Shown here: one piece after another, positions 53,594 through 63,904 of the stretch
Numbering within the stretch: position 1 is the first letter of the stretch
How the letters are laid out: each line of letters opens with the position of its first letter
DNA from: an uncultured Methanomassiliicoccales archaeon
GTDB taxonomy: Archaea; Thermoplasmatota; Thermoplasmata; Methanomassiliicoccales; UBA472
Assembly: GCA_963695345.1 (NCBI GenBank)
Contig: OY968769.1
Coordinates: 2,240,001-2,304,000 of the forward strand
DNA length: 64,000 nucleotides
Reading direction: 5' to 3'
Notes under the pieces: model-generated
Told to the model about the DNA's origin: nothing
The model's database searches: none
Seen by the model: the letters and a program-made list of their open reading frames with translations, nothing else
Translations under genes and position numbers: made by a program

Positions 53594-54853
53594 TCAATAG
53601 CGTTTCGGCGCTCCTCCGCTCATCAACGCCACTCCGAGCATGGCGATGATGATGACGACCATGACCACGATCGGCTGCCAGGTGATCTTCCAGGCCTGGT
53701 CGGTCACGGCCTTGAGGACGCTGCCGCTGCCGACATAGATGGTCTTCCCGCCCACCACCGGTTGGCCGCTGAACGAGCCATCAAGCTTCCAGATGATCCC
53801 GCCGTCCCGGTCGACGAGCATCAACGCCGTCGTGTTGGCCAGGAGAACGCCGTTGCCGAAGGTCACCGGGACGGTCTTGGCATTGACGCTCCTCCAGAGC
53901 GACCTGCCGTTGGCGTCCACGGCGTAGATGTTAAAGAAGGCGCTGGTCGAACCGGCCGTCTCGCTGTAGACGGTGGTCCCGTCCGCCAGGATGGCCAACC
54001 CTTGGAACTGGTTGGTCAGAGGGACCGCCCACATCCGCGAACCGTCGACGTTCAGCGCGTACAGGAAGGCATAGTTCAGTGTCTGGGAGAAATTGTAGCC
54101 CACCGTGCGCATCGTTCCGTCCGGGGCGAAGTAGAGGTTGAACTCCGGCGCGAAATCGGTCTCGAAGGAACTGACCGCCCTTCCATCGGGGGCGTATTCG
54201 GTGATCACCGAACGGTCAGTGAAGGTGGTGTTCACGACCAGGACGTCGTTGCCCCTGATGGCCACCGGGTACATGATCGGGTTCGATATGTTGGCGACAT
54301 AGGTGCCCTTGGTCCAGCGTTCGGTGCCGTCGGCGTTCAGGCATATCAGGCTGTGCTGGCCGGGCCACACCGGCTTGGCGCCCAGCACCACCCCTCCGTC
54401 CGGGAGGACCTTCATGTTGTAAGATACGCCAGGTATCACGAATGACCATTTCAGTACCCCCTCCGAGCTCAATGCCATTACCCCGGTGCCGTTCACATTG
54501 GTGCTGGAAAGGACCCGGGTCAGGATGATCAGCGTCCCGTCAGGGCCGAACTGGGGCGTGGAGGTCAGGTTGACCCCGGTGTTCCAGACCGCCTTTCCCT
54601 CCGGGGAGATGGCATAGATGACCGCGTTCGTTCCATCGGTCGAATAGACATAGAGGTTCCCGTTGGGCGACATGATCGGGTAACTGGCAATGACGCCGGA
54701 CCCGCCGTCGTAGGTCCATTGGACGGTCTTGCCGGTCACCTCGGTGGGGGTGGTCACGATCACGGTGGACACGACGATGAGGGCTGCGATCACCAGGGTG
54801 GTCTTGAGAAGGGTTAGGTTTGATACCATAGGAGCACTGTCGTTGGAATGCAT
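53594..54853 (-). CDS. PQQ-like/BamB-type beta-propeller membrane-anchored protein
   Basis: Repeated L.A.s.dG...W motifs; N-terminal signal peptide and C-terminal TM. Confidence 0.8.
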   Translation of the reverse strand: MHSNDSAPMVSNLTLLKTTLVIAALIVVSTVIVTTPTEVTGKTVQWTYDGGSGVIASYPIMSPNGNLYVYSTDGTNAVIYAISPEGKAVWNTGVNLTSTPQFGPDGTLIILTRVLSSTNVNGTGVMALSSEGVLKWSFVIPGVSYNMKVLPDGGVVLGAKPVWPGQHSLICLNADGTERWTKGTYVANISNPIMYPVAIRGNDVLVVNTTFTDRSVITEYAPDGRAVSSFETDFAPEFNLYFAPDGTMRTVGYNFSQTLNYAFLYALNVDGSRMWAVPLTNQFQGLAILADGTTVYSETAGSTSAFFNIYAVDANGRSLWRSVNAKTVPVTFGNGVLLANTTALMLVDRDGGIIWKLDGSFSGQPVVGGKTIYVGSGSVLKAVTDQAWKITWQPIVVMVVIIIAMLGVALMSGGAPKRY

Positions 54854-55040
54854 CCCTTCATGGATATATTTATCCCAGAGCTTCGGACGGAAACACTCCA
54901 GACAGGACCAGATCGCCCTATCATTTCGACAGCGACGACCGTCATAACGAAGAAATGGAACAGTCGGGCTAATCCCGCCGCTTCGTCAGAAATCAATTAA
55001 CTACCCGTTCCTCGACTGTCATTCAAACGGTGACTTCAAC

Positions 55041-56618
55041 ATGCCGTTCAAGACCGAGAACACGTTCCTGACCATGGTCAACGCCAGGGACGAGAGCCAT
55101 TTTCATGTACGATATGAAAGAGCGGTCTCCAACCTGGAATGCCTGAAGGGAGAGGCCACTGAGTATCCGTTGTTCATCGATGGGAAGACCGTCAGGACGA
55201 AGGAGTCCTTCAGCGACCTCAGCCCGGTCGACACCGATATCGTGGTCGGCAAGTTCCCCAAGGGAACGAAGGCGAATGTGGACGCCGCGGTGGAGGCGGC
55301 GCACAAGGCCGCCCCGAAGTGGCGGCGCACCGACCTGGACTCCCGCCTGGCCATATTCAAGAAGGCGGCGGAGATCATGAACTCGGAGAAGTTCGAACTG
55401 GGGGCGGCCATGACCATGGACACCGGCAAGAACCGGTATGAGGCGCTGGCGGAGGTCGACGAGGCGGTCGATTTCGTCCGGTACTACACGGACACCATGG
55501 CGGAGTACAACGGCTTCGCCGAGGACATGAAACCGGCGTATGATGACGAGTTCCCCATCAGCGTCATGCTTCCCTGGGGGGTGTTCGCCGTGGTGGCGCC
55601 GTTCAACTTCCCCTTGGCCATCACCGCAGGCATGACCGTGGCGGCGCTGATCACCGGGAATGCCGTGGTCCTCAAACCCTCCTCGGCGGCTCCCATGATG
55701 CCCTACCTGCTCTATGACGTGCTGTGGAGGGCCGGGCTTCCACCAGGGGTGCTGAACGTGGTCACCGGATCCGGCGGGGAGGTGGGCGATTCCCTGGTCC
55801 GCCACGAACAGATCAACGGCATCGCGTTCACCGGATCGAAGAAGGTCGGCTATGAGCTGATTTCCATGAACCCGAAGCGGTACCCGATACCGGTCATCAC
55901 CGAACTGGGCGGCAAGAACGCCTGCATCGTCTCGGACAAGGCCGACCTGGGGAAGGCCATCCCGGGAGTGATGGGATCGGCATACACCTATTGCGGACAG
56001 AAATGCTCGGCATTGTCACGGCTCTATGTGCATGAGAAGGTGTACAAGGAGTTCATGAAGATGCTCGTGAACACCGTTCAGGCGCTCAAGGTGGCCGATC
56101 CCCGGGAGAACGATACGGTGCTCGGCCCGCTGATCAGCGGCGAGGCCCGCCAGAACTTCGACGAGTACGTCGAGATCGCCCAGAGGGACGGCGGCAAGGT
56201 GACCGGGGGCAAGCACGTGGAGGAAGGCGAGCTCAGCCGGGGGTTCTACGTCGAGCCCACCATCGTGGAGAACCTTCCGGAGGACCACAAGCTGGTCAAG
56301 CAGGAGCTGTTCGTCCCGATACTGTGCGTGCAGAAGTACCGGAAGTTCGAGGACGCGATCCGCATGGCCAATGACGTGGACTACGGCCTGACCGCCGGGA
56401 TCTACAGCCGCGACCACGAAGAGCTGGACCATTTCTTCGAGAACATCGAGGCGGGAGTGGTCTATGCCAACCGGAGGCGGGGGGCCACCACTGGCTCAAT
56501 GGTCGGGGCGCAGCCGTTCGGCGGGTGGAAGCAGTCGGGCAACACCGGAAAGAACTCCGGGTCCCCATGGTATCTTACCCAGTTCATGAGGATGCAATCG
56601 AGGACGCTTGGAAAATGA
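55041..56618 (+). CDS. Aldehyde dehydrogenase, P5C-dehydrogenase (RocA-like) clade, copy 1
   Basis: PFNFPLAI, FTGS, ELGGKNA, GQKCSA, ELFVP, YGLTAG, QPFGGWK. Confidence 0.92.
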   Translation: MPFKTENTFLTMVNARDESHFHVRYERAVSNLECLKGEATEYPLFIDGKTVRTKESFSDLSPVDTDIVVGKFPKGTKANVDAAVEAAHKAAPKWRRTDLDSRLAIFKKAAEIMNSEKFELGAAMTMDTGKNRYEALAEVDEAVDFVRYYTDTMAEYNGFAEDMKPAYDDEFPISVMLPWGVFAVVAPFNFPLAITAGMTVAALITGNAVVLKPSSAAPMMPYLLYDVLWRAGLPPGVLNVVTGSGGEVGDSLVRHEQINGIAFTGSKKVGYELISMNPKRYPIPVITELGGKNACIVSDKADLGKAIPGVMGSAYTYCGQKCSALSRLYVHEKVYKEFMKMLVNTVQALKVADPRENDTVLGPLISGEARQNFDEYVEIAQRDGGKVTGGKHVEEGELSRGFYVEPTIVENLPEDHKLVKQELFVPILCVQKYRKFEDAIRMANDVDYGLTAGIYSRDHEELDHFFENIEAGVVYANRRRGATTGSMVGAQPFGGWKQSGNTGKNSGSPWYLTQFMRMQSRTLGK

Positions 56619-56652
56619 GCATCAACCGGAACAGTCTGTGGAGGAATGAGGG

Positions 56653-57009
56653 ATGGCAGACACTTTCGTGGTCATGGTCACGCTGGACGGCAGGAACCAA
56701 TTCAATCGAATTCTGGAGGGAGAGGGTGCGGCAAAGGCCGCGGCGAAACGCTACGCGAAGGATATCCTGAACATACAGGAGAAAGGGGACAGGGGCTGCT
56801 GGGAGGTGTTCACCTCCAAGGTGGTCGACCGGCAATCGTTCACCTACGGCGGGCCGAACATGTTCCTCGGCGCTCCCCCGGGCGGAAGGATCATGGTCGG
56901 ATCCGATGGGACCTCCTGTGAGCAGGGCTGGCGCATGCTGATGTATGCCAGAAGGAACTCTCTGGAAAAAGGGTCGGTGATGCAAGCGGAGATGTGCTGC
57001 GGACTCTGA
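56653..57009 (+). CDS. Hypothetical protein
   Basis: RBS-like gaggaatgaggg directly after the ALDH gene; 3' end may be frameshifted. Confidence 0.5.
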   Translation: MADTFVVMVTLDGRNQFNRILEGEGAAKAAAKRYAKDILNIQEKGDRGCWEVFTSKVVDRQSFTYGGPNMFLGAPPGGRIMVGSDGTSCEQGWRMLMYARRNSLEKGSVMQAEMCCGL

Positions 57010-57162
57010 TCAACCCGTCCGTTTCCTGCTCCAACCTTGCGTGCTCCATCCATCAGAATCGGCCGCATCGTTCCTGTCACCGGATGGAACCGCCTTCGCC
57101 GCCGGGACATTTCATGGAAAAAGTGCCCATGGCCAGAGTGTTTCAGATCCCGCTCAGGAGCG

Positions 57163-60081
57163 CTAATCCTGATTGAAACGGAACCTACCTTCCGGCACCG
57201 TTATTTCGAACCTTACTCCCTTTCCCGGTTCGCCCGTCTCCTTGATCTCGATATCGGTGATGGACAGGATCTCCCTGGAAAGATGGAGTCCGAGACCGGT
57301 CCCCTTCCCGAATCCCATTTCGAAGATCCTCTCTTTTTCCCCGCGCATTATGCCCGGTCCCTGGTCCTCATACACCAGCACCATTGAGTTGCCCTTCATC
57401 TCGAAACCGATGCGGACGATGAGCGGCCTTCTCGCGTACTTGACCGTGTCCTCCATGATGTTGTGGAAGACCTTCCCCAGCATGGGGTCGGCATACACCT
57501 GCAGCCGTTCCAGCCTTCCGTCCGTTTCCAGCTCGGCTATCTCCCGGACATCGGGCAGTTGTTGGATGATATGGGCCACGTTCTGCCACAGGGGCAAGGC
57601 GGTCCCCATCTCCTGGTAGTCCTTGGCGAACTGGAGCTGGGAGTTTATGACATTGGCGGACATCCCGATCCTTTCCAGCCGCTCAGCGATGGCGCTGCCT
57701 TCGTCTGAAGACCTGGCCAGTGTCAGGTTTCCCTGGAGGACCAGGAGCTGGTTCAGGATGTCATGGCGGGTTATGCTGTTGAGGATCTTCAGTTTCTCGG
57801 TGGCGCGCTCGAGCCTCATGTCGGCGATCTTACGCTCGGTGATATCCCGGCAGACCACCAGGATCGCTGGCTTGCCTTGGTAATCGATCAGTTTCGCGCT
57901 GATCTCGGAAGGGACGATACGACCATCCTTGGTCATGTGGGAGGACTCGAACACGGCGCAACCCTTCTCCACCACCCTCCTTTTCTTCTCCGGTATGTCC
58001 TTGACCGATCCGAGAACGTCGAGGTCCTCGGGCCTCATGCCGCACATCTCCTCCCTGGAATAGCCGAAACGTTCGCATGCCAGATCGTTGACCTCGAAGA
58101 ACGGTCCGTCCGGTTCGTGGATCATGACGGCATCCTGCATGTTGTTGAAGATGTCGCGGAACTTCCTCTCGCTCTCCTCGATGATCTCGGCATCCCGGCG
58201 CCGTTCCGAGATATCGACGATCGAGGCGATGGTCCCCCCGAAGACGCCCCCCTCGAAGAGTGGCTCCGCGGTTATCTGGACCCATATCACGGTACCGTCA
58301 CCGCGGACGAACCGGTAATCCGCTTTGCCCCGTTCCCCCTTGACACGCACGGCGTAGTTGCTCCGAGCCAGTTCCTTGTGCTCATCGGCTATCAGGTCGA
58401 TCGGTGACAGACCGACCAACTCCTCGGACTTCATTCGAAGGAGCTCCTGAACGGTCTTGTTGGCGTAGATTATCCGGTTGGACGCGTCAGAAACCAGTAT
58501 GCCTACCGCCAAACTGTTTAGGACCCGGTTATGCCGGAGCTCCGATTCCTCGACCAGGCGCTTTGTCCTCTCCATGTCGGAGATGTCATGCACTATGGAG
58601 AACAGGAGGGACCGGCCCTCGAACTCGATGGGGCCGCTGAACACCTCGACGTCCCGTACCTCCCCGGACGCCATACGGTGCTGGAAAATGAAGTACTGCC
58701 TCTTCTCCGCATGGGCAGAGCGCAATTTCTCCGCCACCATGCTCGGGTCGAGGGTGTTGATGTCGGTTATGCGCATCGCCATGAACCTGTCGCGTCCATA
58801 TCCATAGAAATCGATGGCCGCCCGGTTGGCGTAGACTATGTCCCCGTTCTTCGGTTCGATGATCAGCATGTTGGCCTTGTTGTTGTCCAGCAGGCCTATG
58901 ATGTTCTTCTCGCGGATACGGAACTCCCTCTCCATGAGTGACTGGACGGTGTAGTCCATGAAGCTCCAGAACCTTCCCACGACCTCCGTCCCGAGCATCA
59001 CCGGCTTGGCACTGGCCTCGAAAATTCGACCGTCCAGGAGATCGACGGTCCATCTCTTCTCGTCAAGCGGATGCTCGTACAGCTCATGGATGGACGAAAT
59101 GAATTGATCGGGCGCCCGTACCTGATCCGCTATCCGGGCCATCAGGCTGCTCCCGATCCCCGCATCCAGAGCGCCTTCCGCCAGGCCCCACATGTCCAGG
59201 AACCTTTGGTTGGACTCCGTCACCTTGCGGTCCATGCCGGTGACCATGATGCCCTCCTCGCTGGAATCGAACGCTGCCTTGATCAATGACAGGGACCGCT
59301 GCAGTTTCGCCTCGTTCCGCTTGGCATCGGTGACATCGGTCCCGAAAAGCTGTATCTCCTCAACCGTTTCCTGTTCGTTCCGTACCAGACTGCATGTCCA
59401 TTGGACCCACCGCTTCTCGCCTTCCCTGGTCCGGAAAGAATGGGCCAGGGTCTGTGCCTCCCCATGCTTGGCGAACATGATTTGGAAGATGTGGCGCGGG
59501 TGTTCGTCCTTGCCGGATCTAGCCCTGTCCAGCCATTCGAGGAAGCTGGTGCCGACCAATGCCTCTCCCCATCCCAGCTGTCTCAGGCCATACGGATTGA
59601 CATAGGTGACCCGCATCTCACGGTCAAGCCTGATGGCGATGGCGTTGATCTCATCCATCGGATCGATGTCCTTTCTGTGGAACAAGGCGATGGGCCTCTC
59701 CGTCACATGGTTCCCGGCCATCTGCCTGATGGCATTGCGCAATCGCCCAAACTGGATCGAGGGGTCGCCCTCTTTCTGCAGGCACAGGTCCGCCCCGCAA
59801 TCCATCGCTTCATCGGTCACCCCCGGCTGATCATGGCTGGCCAAAAGGATGAATGGGATGTGTCCAGGCCGAGAGCGGATCCGCTTCAACAGATCGATAC
59901 CGTTCGCATCGGGCAGCCGATAGCCGGAAATGACGACCCCATAGTCCGTGCGGGCCATTTCCCTCTCGGCCTCATGGACCGATAACGCGGTGTCCATCTC
60001 TATCTGGCCAGAAACCTCGACGAATTCCCTGCACAGGTCAAGGAGCGACGGTTCGTCATCAACGTAAAGGACCTTGATCAA
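57163..60081 (-). CDS. Hybrid REC-(PAS)5-histidine kinase, archaeal type
   Basis: KVLYVDDEPSLL; five PAS repeats; ITRHDILNQL H-box; GKGTGLGLHL, GVRFEITVP. Confidence 0.92.
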   Translation of the reverse strand: MIKVLYVDDEPSLLDLCREFVEVSGQIEMDTALSVHEAEREMARTDYGVVISGYRLPDANGIDLLKRIRSRPGHIPFILLASHDQPGVTDEAMDCGADLCLQKEGDPSIQFGRLRNAIRQMAGNHVTERPIALFHRKDIDPMDEINAIAIRLDREMRVTYVNPYGLRQLGWGEALVGTSFLEWLDRARSGKDEHPRHIFQIMFAKHGEAQTLAHSFRTREGEKRWVQWTCSLVRNEQETVEEIQLFGTDVTDAKRNEAKLQRSLSLIKAAFDSSEEGIMVTGMDRKVTESNQRFLDMWGLAEGALDAGIGSSLMARIADQVRAPDQFISSIHELYEHPLDEKRWTVDLLDGRIFEASAKPVMLGTEVVGRFWSFMDYTVQSLMEREFRIREKNIIGLLDNNKANMLIIEPKNGDIVYANRAAIDFYGYGRDRFMAMRITDINTLDPSMVAEKLRSAHAEKRQYFIFQHRMASGEVRDVEVFSGPIEFEGRSLLFSIVHDISDMERTKRLVEESELRHNRVLNSLAVGILVSDASNRIIYANKTVQELLRMKSEELVGLSPIDLIADEHKELARSNYAVRVKGERGKADYRFVRGDGTVIWVQITAEPLFEGGVFGGTIASIVDISERRRDAEIIEESERKFRDIFNNMQDAVMIHEPDGPFFEVNDLACERFGYSREEMCGMRPEDLDVLGSVKDIPEKKRRVVEKGCAVFESSHMTKDGRIVPSEISAKLIDYQGKPAILVVCRDITERKIADMRLERATEKLKILNSITRHDILNQLLVLQGNLTLARSSDEGSAIAERLERIGMSANVINSQLQFAKDYQEMGTALPLWQNVAHIIQQLPDVREIAELETDGRLERLQVYADPMLGKVFHNIMEDTVKYARRPLIVRIGFEMKGNSMVLVYEDQGPGIMRGEKERIFEMGFGKGTGLGLHLSREILSITDIEIKETGEPGKGVRFEITVPEGRFRFNQD

Positions 60082-60276
60082 TACTGGACCTGCCTGATGT
60101 TCTTTTTAACACGCTCTTCATATATAATCTACCCTTTCTGAATAACAATGGCCAGTATGTGGATTCAACGATCTTTCTGTGTCCAGATTATTTACGATTT
60201 GCGAAATGATAGGACCTTGAAAGGCATGGATAGTTACAAATCAGCGGCCCCCATTTTATGACAAGACGTGATCGAT

Positions 60277-61854
60277 ATGCCATTCCAGAACCTCAACACG
60301 TTCGTGCGCCTCTCCAAGGAGAACAGACAGGAAGAGTACCACACGAACTTTGAACGGGCGGTGGGGGCGATGTGCGCATCGATCCATGAAACGGTCATCT
60401 CGTATCCGATGTTCATCAACGGGGAGGCGATCCCCGCCAAACACCTCTTCGATGACCTCAGTCCGATCGACGGGCGCATACTGGTCGGTCGTTTCCCGAA
60501 ATGCACCAAGGCGGACGTCGAGAGGGCCATCGGCGCCGCCGACAACGCCTATGCTGGCTGGTCGCGCACGCCATACCAGAAGCGGGCGGAGATATTCCAT
60601 AGGGCCGCTGGCCTCATGGCCAAGGAGATATACCGGTTCGCCGCCGCGATCACCATCGACAATGGAAAGAACCGTGAAGAGGCCATCGGTGAGGTCGATG
60701 AAACGGTCGATTTCCTGGAGTTCTATGCTCAGAACGTCGTGGAAAGTGGAGGGTTCGGGCAAAAGAAGAACCCGCCCTATGACGATGAGAACCCGGTAAG
60801 CGTGATGCTGCCATACGGTGTTTTCGCCGTGATATGTCCATTCAACTTCCCCCTCTCCATTAGCGTCGGCATGACCACGGGGGCCTTGATCACCGGCAAT
60901 ACCGTCGTGGTGAAACCGGCCTCGGTGGCCCCGCTCGCGGTCTACCTGTTCTATGATCTGCTGGTGCGGGCCGGGCTTCCCCCGGGGGTGATGAACATCG
61001 TGACCGGCTCGGGAGCCGAGATCGGCGACCATCTGGTCAATCACCCGAAGATTGCCGGGATAGCGTTCACCGGCTCGAAGGAGGTCGGGTTCAAACTGCT
61101 CCGCTCCAGTCCGCGCAGCTGGCCGATTCCGATAATCGCGGAGATGGGCGGCAAGAACGCCTGCATCGTCTCCCAGAACGCGGACCTGGACAAGGCGGTG
61201 GAAGGCGTGGTCCATTCCGCCTTTGGTTTTTCCGGACAGAAGTGCTCGGCCTGTTCCCGGGTCTATGTCCAGGATGTTGTCCATGACGAGTTCATGACCA
61301 GGCTGGTATCGCGCACCAATGGCCTCAAGCTGTGCGATCCCCGCCTCCGGGAATGCGACCTTGGGCCGGTCATCCATATCAAGGCGGCCTCCGACTACGA
61401 GAGGTACACGGCCATGGCCAGGAAGGATGGCCATATCGTCTGCGGCGGGAACGTGCGCAAGCTGGAAGGGAAGGCCGGTACCTATGTTGAACCAGCCGTG
61501 GTCGCCGGACTGCCCGACGATCACTTCCTGGTCAGGAACGAGCTGTTCGTCCCGATCCTGGTGGTCCAGAAGTATGAGGCCTTGCCGGATGCCCTGGTCA
61601 AGGCGAACGGCGTGGAATACGGCCTCACCTCAGGTATCTATTCGAACGACCCAGACGAGGTGGAGTTCTTCTTCGATCACATCCAGGCCGGGGTTGCCTA
61701 TGCCAATCGGCCCCGGGGCGCCACCACCGGGGCCATGGTGGGCGGGCAGCCCTTCGGGGGGTGGAAGGCCTCCAGTTCGACGGGCAAGGGATCAGGCACC
61801 CACGAGTACCTGCTCCAGTTCGTGCGGCAACAGGCACGCACCACGATGCTCTAG
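60277..61854 (+). CDS. Aldehyde dehydrogenase, P5C-dehydrogenase-like, copy 2
   Basis: MPFQNLNTF start parallels copy 1; EMGGKNA, GQKCSA, QPFGGWK. Confidence 0.92.
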   Translation: MPFQNLNTFVRLSKENRQEEYHTNFERAVGAMCASIHETVISYPMFINGEAIPAKHLFDDLSPIDGRILVGRFPKCTKADVERAIGAADNAYAGWSRTPYQKRAEIFHRAAGLMAKEIYRFAAAITIDNGKNREEAIGEVDETVDFLEFYAQNVVESGGFGQKKNPPYDDENPVSVMLPYGVFAVICPFNFPLSISVGMTTGALITGNTVVVKPASVAPLAVYLFYDLLVRAGLPPGVMNIVTGSGAEIGDHLVNHPKIAGIAFTGSKEVGFKLLRSSPRSWPIPIIAEMGGKNACIVSQNADLDKAVEGVVHSAFGFSGQKCSACSRVYVQDVVHDEFMTRLVSRTNGLKLCDPRLRECDLGPVIHIKAASDYERYTAMARKDGHIVCGGNVRKLEGKAGTYVEPAVVAGLPDDHFLVRNELFVPILVVQKYEALPDALVKANGVEYGLTSGIYSNDPDEVEFFFDHIQAGVAYANRPRGATTGAMVGGQPFGGWKASSSTGKGSGTHEYLLQFVRQQARTTML

Positions 61855-61970
61855 GATCAGGAACGGATAGGGCCTATACATCGTTTAAAGTGCGATAAAA
61901 TCAGGATTATGATTAAATCATAACTCCGTTTAGGCAATCAATAAGTCCGTGGACCGCGAGTCTGGTACCG

Positions 61971-62600
61971 ATGCTGCTGACCAAGATCAAGATCTCTTCG
62001 AAGGAGAACATCATAGGTCGGTTATCTTCTGATATGGGAGCTGAGGTGGAGATCGTCCGGTGCAAGGCCAACGGTTCGCTCGGAGGCTTGAGCATCCTCA
62101 GGATCGGGACAGGGTCCGGGACCAGTGCCGAGGAGATAGGAATATGGTTCAAGGGCAAGGAAGGGTGCAGCATCGTATCGATCGCACCTGTATCTCCTGG
62201 TAAATACGTCGCCATGATCAGGAATACTGGATGCAGCCTGTGCAGAGTGTTCGCCGGATCCGACTGCTTCCTCGAGTCCGGTCGCAGCGCTGGAGACGAT
62301 TCGGTGATCTGGAAGGTCTATGCTCCGGACAACGCCGCGCTGAAGGGTCTGATCGAGAGGATCAGGAACGAAGGCAACAAGGTGGAACTGCTCAGCGTTA
62401 AAAGGATGGCGTCCTCATTTGAGCTGACCCGGCTGCAGGACGAGGCCATGCGGCTGGCGTTGTCCTCCGGCTATTATGATATTCCGAAGAGGATCACGTT
62501 AGAGGAGCTGGCAACGCGCTCGGGCATCACCAAGGCGACGCTGAACCTGATCCTGCGCCGCGGCCAGAAGAAGATCATTTCCGAACGCATGCGAACCTGA
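61971..62600 (+). CDS. Bat-type HTH-10 transcriptional activator
   Basis: C-terminal LTRLQDEAMRLALSSGYYDIPKRITLEELA..GITKATL..ILRR. Confidence 0.9.
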   Translation: MLLTKIKISSKENIIGRLSSDMGAEVEIVRCKANGSLGGLSILRIGTGSGTSAEEIGIWFKGKEGCSIVSIAPVSPGKYVAMIRNTGCSLCRVFAGSDCFLESGRSAGDDSVIWKVYAPDNAALKGLIERIRNEGNKVELLSVKRMASSFELTRLQDEAMRLALSSGYYDIPKRITLEELATRSGITKATLNLILRRGQKKIISERMRT

Positions 62601-62668
62601 TCCCAAAGATATGGGGGCTTACATGTTCGCCGTACTTGGTTTATGGCCGCGGGGCACTACCATCATTC

Positions 62669-63049
62669 ATGGCAGCAAAGAAGGTCGAGAAGAGCTTGAT
62701 GGTGATCGGTACCCACAGTGACGACAACCTGGAGAAGGCGATGCTTACTTTCATGGTGGCGAACGCGGCCGAGGCCTTGGGTGTGAAGACCAAGGTATTC
62801 CTCACGTCCAAGGGCACGAACCTGGTGCGGAAGAACTACGCCAAGAGCATGCCGAAAATGGTGGGAATGGAACCAATGGAGGACCTCATCGCATCGTTCC
62901 AGGAAATGGGCGGGATCATCCATGTCTGCATTCCCTGCAAGGATGCCCGGGGGATCAAGTCCAATGAGTTCATCGCCGGCATCGAGTTCAGCACACTGAT
63001 GGACCTGGTCGAGATAAGCCAGGGCAATTCGCGCGTGGTGAGCTTCTAA
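62669..63049 (+). CDS. DsrE/DsrF-like family protein
   Basis: THSDDNLEKA, VFLTSKG, HVCIPC..RGI. Confidence 0.8.
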   Translation: MAAKKVEKSLMVIGTHSDDNLEKAMLTFMVANAAEALGVKTKVFLTSKGTNLVRKNYAKSMPKMVGMEPMEDLIASFQEMGGIIHVCIPCKDARGIKSNEFIAGIEFSTLMDLVEISQGNSRVVSF

Positions 63050-63179
63050 ATCTTTTCAGCGTCATGGACAGGGCCGACGCCTTGTTCATGGCCGATCGTT
63101 TTCCATTAGGAAATCGTCATTTCAGAAATTGGATTCTATTCAATTCACCAGAAGAATGAACCTGGCATCACTGGTTTCC

Positions 63180-63581
63180 CTAATGGCCCACCACAAATAC
63201 CACGTTAGGGAACGCATATCTTCCCTTGCTGCTGTCCCCGGTGACCATTTCATAGATGATGTCCAGCAGACCCGAGCGTTTTACATTGCTACATATCTCA
63301 CAGATGACCAATTGGACGCTCATCCCGTTCACTATCTTGAAGGCTCCCGCTTCGAATTGGGATTTCAATTCACCGTACTGTTCGGTTCCCACCACCTTGT
63401 CATGGAAACCTCGTTTCTTGCTGCGATAGGTGCTTATGGCCGAATCGGTCACACCATAGAGCCTGGCTACGTCAGCTTGGCTGAGCTTGTGGTGATCGAT
63501 CAGTTCGTCTGCCAATCCTCTCCTGATCATCGGGAGCACATACCAAACCACAAGTTCACATGGTGTTTTCATAGTGGCCAT
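63180..63581 (-). CDS. Archaeal predicted transcriptional regulator (HTH with Cys motifs)
   Basis: MKTPCE..VWYVLP.IR..LA, SQ..VA..YGVT.SAIS.Y..KKRG, ICEIC. Confidence 0.85.
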   Translation of the reverse strand: MATMKTPCELVVWYVLPMIRRGLADELIDHHKLSQADVARLYGVTDSAISTYRSKKRGFHDKVVGTEQYGELKSQFEAGAFKIVNGMSVQLVICEICSNVKRSGLLDIIYEMVTGDSSKGRYAFPNVVFVVGH

Positions 63582-63904
63582 CTATTGTCTTAACGGGGTT
63601 TAGGCAATTTCATCCAATCTATATAGAGATTATTTTTTTCACAACCGGCTTTCTGAATCTTGCCCTTTCCAATGAAGCCGACCTGAGATCCGATCACTTT
63701 CATAATTCAACGAGCGTTGGGGAACCCTCGAGATAATCTTCAAAAATGAAGGTACTGGCTCGCGTCATCCGCGTCGATCGAACATATCCAGGTCGCAAAG
63801 AGCGGTAATCGATCCCGAATGACCATGGTAGCATATTTACATTCCAAGCTCCCAATGGCAAATCCTTATCATGACATCCGATGATTATCATCCAAGGTGC
63901 ACAA

